The notes beneath the pieces were generated by a model. That model ran no database searches. It was given only the letters and a program-made list of their open reading frames with translations, and was not told where the DNA came from. DNA of 24,728 nt from Planctomycetota bacterium. Lineage in GTDB: Bacteria; Planctomycetota; GCA-002687715; DRQF01. Shown here in pieces: positions 24,727 through 24,728 of this stretch. Within the stretch, counting starts at the first letter, position 1; each line of letters starts with the position of its first letter. Location of the stretch: the NCBI GenBank assembly GCA_027001995.1, contig JALTLO010000094.1:31288-56015 (forward strand), given 5' to 3'. The position numbers and the translations under genes are program-made.

Positions 24727-24728
24727 AT

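Noticed and set aside
1..24728. CRISPR array, tRNA, rRNA, IS element or prophage
   Set aside because: No regularly spaced direct repeats and no transposase, integrase or phage genes. GTTCGAA-type matches (e.g. near 6223 and 15388) lie inside CDSs without a cloverleaf context.

Overview
Gene-dense bacterial chromosomal segment of mid-range GC, dominated by cell-envelope genes. The protein repertoire (FG-GAP propellers, a prenyltransferase-like alpha/alpha barrel, carboxypeptidase-regulatory-like repeat proteins, GYF_2) suggests Planctomycetota; this is an inference. Left to right: two divergent secreted FG-GAP/VCBS beta-propeller proteins (the first runs off the window and is missing from the ORF track); a zinc-ribbon + SPFH-GYF_2 pair; a two-gene Mla/MCE-type lipid transporter (divergent MCE protein plus a fused MlaF ATPase-MlaE permease); a secreted ExbD-like/prenyltransferase-barrel fusion; a large secreted protein with faint PpiD/SurA-like features; a peptide/nickel ABC operon lacking ATPase genes; a saccharopine/lysine dehydrogenase-family enzyme; a basic TPR-like exported protein; a WaaP-family LPS kinase; a remnant of a DUF4143 AAA-ATPase gene; and two convergent carboxypeptidase-regulatory-like-domain paralogs. 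I saw no rRNA, tRNA, CRISPR array or intact mobile element. The most interesting items are the two-gene Mla-like system with the ATPase-permease fusion and the ExbD-like/barrel fusion beside it. All family calls come from motif recognition by eye, not database searches.
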